Part shown: positions 21,579-30,931 of the stretch, one piece after another
Layout of the letters: every line of letters begins with the position of its first letter
Position numbering within the stretch: position 1 is the first letter of the stretch
From: Trypanosoma brucei
Lineage: Eukaryota
DNA: 64,000 bases
Direction: 5' to 3'
NCBI GenBank assembly: GCA_000002445.1
Contig: CP000070.1
Coordinates: 608,001 to 672,000 of the forward strand
The notes under the pieces: model-generated
What the model saw: only the letters and a program-made list of their open reading frames with translations
The model's database searches: none
Told to the model about the DNA's origin: nothing
Program-made: the position numbers and the translations under genes

Positions 21579-22505
21579 TATTGTAACGGATTTCGTATGA
21601 CAATTATCCTTTTCCTTTTTTTGTGTGTGTGCGTGTGTGTAATTACCTCCTTGACCCTTGATATAAGTTTGAACGAACAACAACACAAAGTCGAGCGCCA
21701 AATAAAACACCTCACTCACACATATAGAACCATCCCAGACACATTTGCACAAAAACAAGAAGCAATATAGATACGATCTTATATATATATATATATATTT
21801 TAATTTATATATTTTCACACAAATGTGTGCTTCCCCAAGGGGAGGGAGCATTTGGTTTAAATAAAATAGAACAAAAGAGGAAGCACAAAATGTAAAGAAC
21901 ATATTGCACATCAGGAGGCAAAATAAACAATTAAGGTGAACTCCCCCCTCCCCTTTCCGTTTGTCTTCTATGTTCCTTTCTTTTTTTTTCCCCCTTTCTC
22001 CACACCTCCTCCATACACACACTTCCCCCATCCCTACAAAATGCATCAGGGCAAGGTTCAATTTGCATACACCCACGCACCTGTCTGTACACATGCCCAT
22101 ACCTCCCCAACCTATTCATTTTATTTCTCACGAATTGCGCATACATAAGAGGGGTTGTGTGAAAATACAAATGCATATCAGCAACAAGATATTGTCCATA
22201 TATTTATTCCACACTTGGTTTGTAACCGCATGTCTTTTCTCTCCCACTTAAAAAGTACGTTCTTTCCGCCAAGGTGTTAGAAAGCACAAAAGTGTTAAAT
22301 CGTGATCACAAGGTGCCACAGAAGCTAACAGCAAGTGCAGTAAATATTTTCAATGAACACAAGCGCTAAATTGCCAGGACACAAGCTGCACCGGAGGGGG
22401 GGGGGCATTCAAACAAAGAAATAGAACAGAGACGCGAATGCAATCAAGAGGTGACTCCTCTTCTTCCTTAAAGTCAAGTCATAAAACCGTTGCGAGCTCC
22501 AAACT

Positions 22506-23963
22506 TTAATTTCGTTGACTTACATTTGTAGCGGTTGGTTTCGGGGGACGCCAGGAAGGCGTTCGTAAGTAAGAAAGAGGGTCCAATGGATCTGGTTGTG
22601 CCAAAGCCCGCTGAAACACCTCCGTCGCCGTCTGCACGATATGAAACGGTGGAGCTACAGTAGGATCACCCTGACACTTCCATGAAAGTGCTTTTTTATT
22701 CCCCGAAAGTTCCTCCCCGGCATCGTGTGGAGACCTGGCGGATGAGGTGGTCCAGCCACGACGACCTGCACGGCTAACACCACCCGCCATGGCGCGGCTC
22801 AAGCGCCCCATAAGTAGCACAGCTTTAGCACGGTTTTCGTGAATCTCATCTTTGTCCTCCCTAACTTTATTAACAGCGGCCCCAAGGTCTGTATTAAAAA
22901 GGTGATCGCGCGTCATACCGGTGAAGTCATCAATAATCTCGTCACCATTGGCGAGTACGGTGCCCTCCAGTTCACCTTGGATGGGAAAACTCAGCAAGAT
23001 ATCGAGTGCGGCAGTACGGAGTTCGTACGGCGCAAGCTCACGCCGTTCAAAGTCGTATAACCATGTACTTAGCTCCTGCAAAATACCGTTTTCGATTAGA
23101 TACCGCTGAAGCACACGACAATGGGCATACGCAGCAACACGGTCACAGATGCGGACACGTTGCAACGGTGGTTCGTTCCCAGCCATAGCACACTTATCAT
23201 CTACCCGCGCTTTCCGCATCGCGTCTACCACTGCAGCGGCCCTTTTGTTCAACAAATTCTGCTGCGCCTCCACGGACAGCTTTTTTGGCCGCGCACCATT
23301 CGTTGTTGTACTACTCAGCTGAGTGCCCTTTTTGGTGCCCTTGCGAGTCCGATTCTCCAGCACGTCGCTTCGGTAATCCTGCTGAAAGGAATCCAACAAC
23401 TCCGAGGATGAAGCCTGGTTTGTGTCAGCGATACCCTCGTCCACTAAACGATAATCGGTACGAGAACTTTTCCGCCTGCGCTTCTCCCTGGAATGTCGCA
23501 CACCATCTTTAGTGTCAAATCCCTCATAGACTTCAACATCAGCAGAATAATGTTCGATGTCATCCCTATTGCGTTTGGACTTCCGACTGCCACGCTTCCC
23601 TTCCTTAGTTTTGTGCGTGCTCCTCCTACTCTTGGATCTTTTTCTTGGTTTACCTCTTCTATCATCTTCGCCTCCGTGTGCCCGGTGCAACCGACGCTGC
23701 AGTTTTTTCCACCGTTTGTACACCTCGGGACCAAACTCTTTGGCATCCGCTTTGTTCTGAATAAAACGCAACTCATCATCTGTAGGTGTCTGGACTGCTT
23801 CACTACTAGCAGCAGCACCACGGTCACCAATCCCAACCACCTCCGTCTCGTCATCATTTTCAATACTTAAGTTTAGAGGCCGGTCTCCTTCTTCACCCAC
23901 TTCACTGTTTTCACCACCGGATGACAAAAGCAGATCCAACACGTCATCGTCATCACCACTCAT
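22506..23963 (-). CDS. hypothetical protein, possibly IWS1/Spn1-like (TFIIS-N-type helical domain), with an acidic N-terminus and a basic S/R/K-rich segment
   Basis: The C-terminal half (ENGILQELSTWLYDFERRELAPYELRTAALDILLSFPI) resembles the conserved IWS1 domain. ATG at 23961-23963. Confidence 0.45.
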   Translation of the reverse strand: MSGDDDDVLDLLLSSGGENSEVGEEGDRPLNLSIENDDETEVVGIGDRGAAASSEAVQTPTDDELRFIQNKADAKEFGPEVYKRWKKLQRRLHRAHGGEDDRRGKPRKRSKSRRSTHKTKEGKRGSRKSKRNRDDIEHYSADVEVYEGFDTKDGVRHSREKRRRKSSRTDYRLVDEGIADTNQASSSELLDSFQQDYRSDVLENRTRKGTKKGTQLSSTTTNGARPKKLSVEAQQNLLNKRAAAVVDAMRKARVDDKCAMAGNEPPLQRVRICDRVAAYAHCRVLQRYLIENGILQELSTWLYDFERRELAPYELRTAALDILLSFPIQGELEGTVLANGDEIIDDFTGMTRDHLFNTDLGAAVNKVREDKDEIHENRAKAVLLMGRLSRAMAGGVSRAGRRGWTTSSARSPHDAGEELSGNKKALSWKCQGDPTVAPPFHIVQTATEVFQRALAQPDPLDPLSYLRTPSWRPPKPTATNVSQRN

Positions 23964-24857
23964 CTTTCTCTCTCTCGCTTACACGCACACACACACAAAC
24001 AAACAAACAAATCTGTGAGAATTACTGCTGTTACTCTTTTTTCCCCCCTTTTTTTACGCCTCTGCACCTGAGATAGTTCGCTTACCTATCCCTTTTCTCC
24101 CAATACTTAAATGTTTTGCTTCTGTCGCTGCCGATTTAGACGTCTGTGGGGCTGGGATTTTGTTTTTCCCTTCCTTTACTTCCACGCAAAATTTATTTTG
24201 TAGTTTTATGAATGTTCTATCGTCCGATTATTAAATGCAACTATGTATATAGTATATTTGAAAGCTTTTTTTTTATGTGTGTGGACGATTTCCCCCTCCC
24301 AATCCCTACCTGAAATTTTTCCACCTATTGTTACGTCCATTTTAACGCCGTGGCGTGCAGGGGGAAAAAAAAAATGGGGAACAGCGAAGGTGCGCGATGT
24401 GTGAAAAAGACGACGAGTGGGGAAGGAACAAAATATCCCGAAGTTCACTAAAGGTGGCGCAGCTGTTAATAATGTGGGAACCGAAAAGGGGACAAAGGGG
24501 TCCCAACATGAAAGGCAACTTCCAAGCATCTGAACCGAAGTAACGCATGTGTAGAACGTACAGACGGAAGGAATGTGCTGCCGGAAAGGGGTTTTGGTGA
24601 CTCAAAATGAAGGGAAAAGGAGTAAATACAAAGCAAACACATACATGTTAAGGGCAGAGTTTGAGCACGCGGAGCAAAAGGTAAAATACACGCTGTCGTT
24701 TGCTTTTTATTCTCCGCTTTCATTTTCCCTTCATGATCCACACACCTCAATGTGCACCAACTTCCGAGAGAGCATCACACAGAATTTGGATTCATGCAAT
24801 GCAACAGCAGCCACCCTCAGATACACACAGGTAACAGTATCCAACAAACTTACAAGT

Positions 24858-26153
24858 TCATAGCTGAACACCACAAAGCACATCACCACGTAGACGAGGA
24901 GCTTTTGCACGCTTCTGCCGCCGCTGCTGTTCAGACAAAACTTCTATAGAACCAACAATGTTGGGATCAGTTGTGGAAAGTTCATCCCTACGCCATTGGA
25001 GGAGGCGCCCAACCAACACATTGCTCCGTGTCATCGACGGAGGTGACCTGTCTGCCGGAACACTTTGAATATAGAGATAATAAAACCGCGAGGTGCCGTT
25101 GAAATTGAACGACCCTCCCGGTTGTCCCCGTGATATGTTCCCGCAGGCTGAGAGAGAAGTCTGAAGCGAGGGGGAAGAAATGGCGTTGCCCACGTTAAGT
25201 GAAAAGCACAATTCAGTGTTGGTGCTTCCGACAGCAGGAGTTGACGGCGTAGTAACTGATCCTAGTGACTTTCCACAGGGCCCTCCGAGACTGAGGGTTG
25301 ATCCTCTTCTTGCGTCATTCCACGAAGCCGCATCCACTTGCACAGCGCGCAGAATTTCAGATTCACGCTCCACAAGATAACTAAGTTCATCCATCCCACT
25401 GACTATGTGGGTGTTCGTGTGACTATGTCTCGTGGAGGTCGCGGTGTCTACACAATCAATGGAAGCGGTGCCCCATTCTTCAACGAGAATAAGAGCACAA
25501 CGCCAACGACGTTGCAGACATCCAAACAGCCAATGGCATAACGGCACCTGATGACCCACCGCACGCTCAAAGTGGTGCAGATAGCCGCCTCTGCCATAAC
25601 CACACTCAACAACTACAAGGGGAACTGCCTCGCACAACTCCGTTACGGCAGTTGCCCTGCCGTGCATGCAAAAAACTGCCAGATCATTCACATCCATGCA
25701 GTGCACTACTGTAAGTCGATTAAGGGCCTCAAGCAACACCCCTCGCCGGACTTCACTGTCACAAGAAGACACAGCGCCATCAACTCTGTCAATTCCGTCT
25801 CCCACCACGAAGTTGTCACTGCCGTTTCCAACTCCACACCAACCACTCGGTGTACCTGGGTGCGTGCTCCCGCCTGAAACGGCCTCCAGATGCTCCATGA
25901 ACCGCCGCATATTGAAACCTGCGCCACCAGGGGCGAATAAAAAGGTCACCGCACCGCCTTTGCTGAGATGCGAAGCTGCAACACGACTCGCCCAGTGAGA
26001 TTTGCCGCTTCCCGCCATACCACCCACAACAAGGACATCACCCCTCTTTAAGCCACTTCCCGTGGCGTTGTGAAGGATTGTGGGCTGCAGGCACACGTGT
26101 GGGGCGTTAAGGCGCCGGACTAATGCTTGAGCACTCTCACGGTGTGTGGACAT
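24858..26153 (-). CDS. RecA-like P-loop ATPase domain protein (possible RAD51 paralogue)
   Basis: The Walker A context GSGLKRGDVLVVGGMAGSGKSH resembles RAD51-paralogue N-terminal ATPase cores. The hydrophobic stretch PLVVVECG is a Walker B candidate. ATG at 26151-26153. Confidence 0.4.
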   Translation of the reverse strand: MSTHRESAQALVRRLNAPHVCLQPTILHNATGSGLKRGDVLVVGGMAGSGKSHWASRVAASHLSKGGAVTFLFAPGGAGFNMRRFMEHLEAVSGGSTHPGTPSGWCGVGNGSDNFVVGDGIDRVDGAVSSCDSEVRRGVLLEALNRLTVVHCMDVNDLAVFCMHGRATAVTELCEAVPLVVVECGYGRGGYLHHFERAVGHQVPLCHWLFGCLQRRWRCALILVEEWGTASIDCVDTATSTRHSHTNTHIVSGMDELSYLVERESEILRAVQVDAASWNDARRGSTLSLGGPCGKSLGSVTTPSTPAVGSTNTELCFSLNVGNAISSPSLQTSLSACGNISRGQPGGSFNFNGTSRFYYLYIQSVPADRSPPSMTRSNVLVGRLLQWRRDELSTTDPNIVGSIEVLSEQQRRQKRAKAPRLRGDVLCGVQL

Positions 26154-26851
26154 ATCGAATATTTAACGCTCCCCGTAAAGCACTCGGCTGGGTTGCTAAA
26201 GGATACATGTGAATGAGCATAAGTGTTGGTGTGTGTACAGAAAGGAATGAGGTGAGCAAAACGGGTGAAAAAAAAAGGGAAGTAGAGGATGTTGATGGAA
26301 AGAATCGATCAAAGTAAGGGGAGATTGCACAAAAAAAAAAAAGAAATACATTCCAATCTCAAAACACCCATCGAACACGCATACAGTGTTGCAACTAAGT
26401 TTGCGCAAGAAAAATTACACGCTGTGCCCCCTGAAAGCAGCAAGCAGAACGGTTTCCAAGACTGAAACTAACCGTTACCCACATGCAATAACAGTATATA
26501 CAGAGGCGCATTACATCGAACAAGCATTGAAAGAACCACACACACGCACAATCAATACCACACACCTCAGAGCGCAGAAAGGCCGAGTATAATAGTAGCA
26601 CGTGCCCGCAGACAAACCGGTAACAACATACGGATTTCATTGTGCGTAACTAACACAACAGAGGGTAAGAAACTGTCGGGTCACTCACAATACTTTGTTT
26701 TTCAGGTTTTATATCTTTATCAAATGCGCGATCACGGTGGAGGCTCGCGACGGACGGCAGCGAAAGCTCGGAAGAAAAGAGTAGAGTCAGTGAATGCGGT
26801 AGATTGTGATTATAGCGAAGGGGTGTGGCAAGACGAACATTGGAAGTTAAA

Positions 26852-29008
26852 TCACGTTGTGTTGCCTTCCAAAATCTGTAGTACTTCTTCAAGGGTTGGC
26901 AGTCGGCCTCTGCGAAACACCATCCCTCCGCCCAATGTGGTAACATGCTTCGCCACCTCCAAGTAGAAGTCCTGTGAAAGAACAATAACATGACGCACGT
27001 CCAACTGGCACGACGCGCTATTAACGAACTTCAGCAGTTCGTCGTGCGACAAATTCATCTCAAGAATCTGTGGAGTAAAGGCCTTTAGCAGCGCAGCAGC
27101 AACAAATATCTCAAACCGCGGAGTATAGGGGCAACAAATGATGACATCCCACAGGAGCATAGCATCCTCTACAGGGAATTCTCTTTTGAATAGCACCAAA
27201 AGCCAACGAAAGCAGAAAAACATATCATCAGCCCCTTGTATCCTCAAATGATTAAACAGAAGGGGCGCGGAGAAGGCCACAAGTGCTCGCAACGCGGTAA
27301 GATGCTGCTCCATTCCCCTTTTGACATCTTTAAGAATGTCGTTGCAACAGTGGTTTGCAATAAAACAACTAAAAATCATAAACGCCTCCACTTCGTCTTG
27401 GGCCAGAAGAGCAATAGGTGAAAGGATATCGCTCATGCCCTGACAATAGCCCAAGTCAAGGTTCAGCATCACGCGCGATAAGAGCACGTTGCGCAACATG
27501 CACAGTTTCTCGCCACACTCGTCAGCATATGCGGGAAGAAAACGGTCAGTCCGGAGTACATCCTTTTCTACTGCTACGCGCGCTTCACGAAATACGGTAA
27601 AATTCTCCTCCTGCTCGGGGAAAATGCTTTTCCATTGTCCTGTAAGTACCTCATACCTGCGCCTATATTCATCCCGAACGCGCTGACGTTGCGACTCTGT
27701 TGAACTGGTATGGCACCCGTAAACGTCCAACATGAAGCACCAAACCTCCAGCCTTATATCGGAATCTATACCACCCATGTACGCAACTATCTTGGCATGT
27801 TCAAACCTCTCTACATCTACGCGCCGCTCGTCGCCCACGAAACAGGTGTTCCACTCATTTGCAGTTAGCCTAGGACCCATTTGCCGAAGGTTCTCGCACC
27901 GGGAAATGCGAGGAACCTGAAGTTCGACCTGAGAAATCTGTGCAGCAACTCCCCCCTCTCCATGAAAAAAGTCGCCTCTTTCATCCCCTTTCGGAGGTGT
28001 GTCGGAGCAAGGGAACAGGAGAGACGGGTCCACCTCCACGTTGGAGGCAAACTCGTCCCTGCTGTTGGGAGAAGGCTCCAGGAGTGAATTAAACACGTTA
28101 GTGAGTTTGGTCGCAACCGTTGCCAACGGATTGCTATCCTTCTTTCCGTACAACATTATCTGCATATCCCTGGTATCCCCAGTTTCGTGAGTTGGAGGTT
28201 GCAGTGCAGTGGGTGTACCAGTACCCGAAGCAGTTCCCCAGAGCTCGTTGAGAAAAGAAGAGCGCGTATAACTACGAAGCTTGTTTAAGTGGCTCATTAC
28301 GGTAGTTCTCTCCTCCTCAGAACTTGAAAATTTTGTTGTCAAATTCTTTGGGTGGTGACCGTACACAATGAAGTCATTTGTATCAAGATGGCTCTGCGAC
28401 ATCGGCGATAAGACCCTCATCTCCGCTAAAAAGCTTGTAAGGCCCCCTTGGCAAAACGAAAGCATCACAATTTCTGCTGAGTCAAGGCGATACACTTCGA
28501 TAACACTCTTACCACCAACGGACGCCACACGCCGAATTTTATCAATGCATTTCATCTCTATACACGTTATGTGAGACAATTCAGTAGAAGAATCGCCTGG
28601 CTTCCCTACCACAGTAACCCCCAAAATCGGAGAATTTCTTGGAAACGCAGGCAGAAGCTTGGGACACTCACGAGGAATGTAAGAGTACGGAACCCAAACG
28701 AGGAATATGTCCTCGGTGTGTGCCGGTACATTCTGCGATGAGCCTTCACGAGGTGGCTGACCTCGTGACGGCAACTCAGCAGCGGTAGCGCTTATATCCA
28801 CATATGTGTTATTATTCGAATTCTTGTTGCGGCCACTTGCCCAATTCATGTGCTTATCGTCCCTAACCAACATTAGCATTCCAGCAGGGCTTTTCTTACC
28901 GCTCCCACGGTGGGCCTCGATAACAATGTGAGCATGCGATGAAATGATATCCGAAAAGCTGACACGGCTCAGCAACTGGTCCACGAAGACTTTACTACCA
29001 ACATCCAT
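26852..29008 (-). CDS. TBC-domain Rab GTPase-activating protein
   Basis: TBC signatures are in the C-terminal half (IDSDIRLEVW, YCQGMSDILSPIALL). ATG at 29006-29008. Confidence 0.7.
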   Translation of the reverse strand: MDVGSKVFVDQLLSRVSFSDIISSHAHIVIEAHRGSGKKSPAGMLMLVRDDKHMNWASGRNKNSNNNTYVDISATAAELPSRGQPPREGSSQNVPAHTEDIFLVWVPYSYIPRECPKLLPAFPRNSPILGVTVVGKPGDSSTELSHITCIEMKCIDKIRRVASVGGKSVIEVYRLDSAEIVMLSFCQGGLTSFLAEMRVLSPMSQSHLDTNDFIVYGHHPKNLTTKFSSSEEERTTVMSHLNKLRSYTRSSFLNELWGTASGTGTPTALQPPTHETGDTRDMQIMLYGKKDSNPLATVATKLTNVFNSLLEPSPNSRDEFASNVEVDPSLLFPCSDTPPKGDERGDFFHGEGGVAAQISQVELQVPRISRCENLRQMGPRLTANEWNTCFVGDERRVDVERFEHAKIVAYMGGIDSDIRLEVWCFMLDVYGCHTSSTESQRQRVRDEYRRRYEVLTGQWKSIFPEQEENFTVFREARVAVEKDVLRTDRFLPAYADECGEKLCMLRNVLLSRVMLNLDLGYCQGMSDILSPIALLAQDEVEAFMIFSCFIANHCCNDILKDVKRGMEQHLTALRALVAFSAPLLFNHLRIQGADDMFFCFRWLLVLFKREFPVEDAMLLWDVIICCPYTPRFEIFVAAALLKAFTPQILEMNLSHDELLKFVNSASCQLDVRHVIVLSQDFYLEVAKHVTTLGGGMVFRRGRLPTLEEVLQILEGNTT

Positions 29009-29503
29009 CTAATCCCCACCACCCTTCCCCAACCTTTTCCTTCACCCGTTCGCCTAATCACTAGTGTTTACTGTCCTTAATACGGTTCTTGAGATTATAT
29101 TTCGGTTACACCCCAGCTCTGGAAACTACTGGCAGTTCTAATGTTTCTCTATTTATTCGTCTCAAAATGAAGGAGAAAGTTTGCGGCCCGGCAACGCAGT
29201 TCTTGACAAATACGATGAAATAAACACTTGCGCAGGAACCCCCGTGCGTAAGCTAATTTTTAAAGGGGCAGCAACTTATCAGTCACCACAGCTGTTCTAC
29301 ACTCGACACCTCTCCGGTATTCCCCCCATGCCGTCGTCGCCTAGCCATAACAACAACAGTAGCGTTTCCACGTGATCATTAATATTGCACATCCGCCTTC
29401 ACCACCATATATGCGCAACACAAAAAAACAAAAAACAAGCATACCATCTATGGTAATAATAACAATAACAAAGGAAAGGAAAGGGGAAAACGTGCGTGTC
29501 ACG

Positions 29504-30655
29504 TCACTCAACGCGATATATCAAATGCACACCCAGCTCAGTTTCCACTGGCGCGCTTACTTCACCACTTTTAAGGGAAAACGCAACGGTGTCAAAGCCC
29601 TCCGTGTACGTTCCGCTCTCCACCATGCCCAGATCTCCATCACGCTTGGCAGAACCGCATTCGCTAAAGTCACGCACCACTTGTACGAATTCGTCCAACG
29701 ACCAGGTCTTCCTTTCCTTGTGCTGAGCAAGTATCGCCTGTGCTAAATTAATGGCGTCAGCCCTTGATCGCGTGATCTTCTCTCCCTTGTTTCTCGGTGC
29801 GAGAGAAGAAGGACGGCGTACATCCTTGTGTTTTACGAGTACATGGTAGAAATGCCGCTCGGTAGGTGGAGGCGCCCCTGCCTGAACAGAGGTTTCTAAC
29901 ACCCCATCACATGTCACAACCTCTTTAGTTTCTGCGGCAACGGATTCAACCACCGTTCTGTCTACTACAACATTACCCTCTATTCGCTCTTCATTAGAAA
30001 CAGCTCCCGACGTTGAAGGTGAAACCCGAGTGTCTCCCAATGTTCCATTCTGCTGATCCTCCTCCACACACTTCCTTTTTCCCTCCTCCGCTTCTTGCCT
30101 CTCTTGTTCCTCTCGCAACCTCTTGGACGATGATGGAGGCCCCAGTTGAACCTTGTAGACCCGAGAGCTAAACCCGAACTGAATGCTGCTCCCAACGGGA
30201 GCGGGCAGCGGTCGCCTCTTCTCGATGCGATTGCCATTTAATTTTACACCGTTAGTTGAGCCTAAGTCCATTAACACAAAACAGCGTTGCCCACCATGAA
30301 ACACAAGGACGGCATGAACGCTACTAATGGAGGGATGCTCAAGAACATAATCACAAACCTTACTCCGACCAAACAAATAAAACGGAAAACGATGCAACCC
30401 TAGTGCGGGTAAAGGTAAACCGTCACGTGTACACTGCAAATGACATGCGACTGAAGGGAGCGCGGCCCAAGGAGGGCATTGAAAATATGAGACCTGAGCG
30501 TTAAGTTTGGTAGGGTCCGTTACACCAATAATGTGCTGGGGAAGCTGCTTGGCTGCTTCCGTTAGTTCCACTACCTTTGGAGGTGGTGGTTTAGCAATCT
30601 CCGCCGCCTTCTCTACTGCTGCAACACGTGAGAGAAGACCAGTAGAGGTAACCAT
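29504..30655 (-). CDS. PAR42: FHA-domain parvulin-type peptidyl-prolyl cis-trans isomerase (Par42-type)
   Basis: FHA core (FYLFGRSKVCDYVLEHPSISSVHAVLVFH..VLMDLGSTNGVKLNG) plus a C-terminal parvulin PPIase domain (HVLVKH..GDLGMVESGTYTEGFDTVAFSLKSGEVS). By my reading of the sequence the track ORF's first codon is not ATG; the first ATG (MVTSTG) is at 30653-30655, giving 383 aa. Confidence 0.75.
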   Translation of the reverse strand: MVTSTGLLSRVAAVEKAAEIAKPPPPKVVELTEAAKQLPQHIIGVTDPTKLNAQVSYFQCPPWAALPSVACHLQCTRDGLPLPALGLHRFPFYLFGRSKVCDYVLEHPSISSVHAVLVFHGGQRCFVLMDLGSTNGVKLNGNRIEKRRPLPAPVGSSIQFGFSSRVYKVQLGPPSSSKRLREEQERQEAEEGKRKCVEEDQQNGTLGDTRVSPSTSGAVSNEERIEGNVVVDRTVVESVAAETKEVVTCDGVLETSVQAGAPPPTERHFYHVLVKHKDVRRPSSLAPRNKGEKITRSRADAINLAQAILAQHKERKTWSLDEFVQVVRDFSECGSAKRDGDLGMVESGTYTEGFDTVAFSLKSGEVSAPVETELGVHLIYRVE

Positions 30656-30931
30656 TTCCTCCACCCCTCGCCCTCCACGTTTCACTTATCTTGCTTGAAG
30701 AAGTTACGTCAGCCCCACCTGCACAAACAGGATGAAATAAAGGAGACATAAATAATTGGAGAAGAGCGGTACTTCGAACAGAATTATTGTTTTCTGTGCT
30801 CAATATAAAGCAAAGGAACAAAAAGAGCACCGCATCAAAAAATCGTTAGTGTTGGTATTAGGGTAGAGAAGAGTCCACTGGAGAAAAAGAATACCTCCAT
30901 TTTGTCCACACCACACACCCATTCCATGCGG

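Noticed and set aside
20766-22100. 444 aa track ORF upstream of P5CR
   Set aside because: Only the C-terminal 270 aa (from MKISFIGCGNMG) are P5CR. The upstream 170 aa are translated through intergenic microsatellite and T-rich sequence with no conservation, so the CDS was trimmed to 20766..21578.
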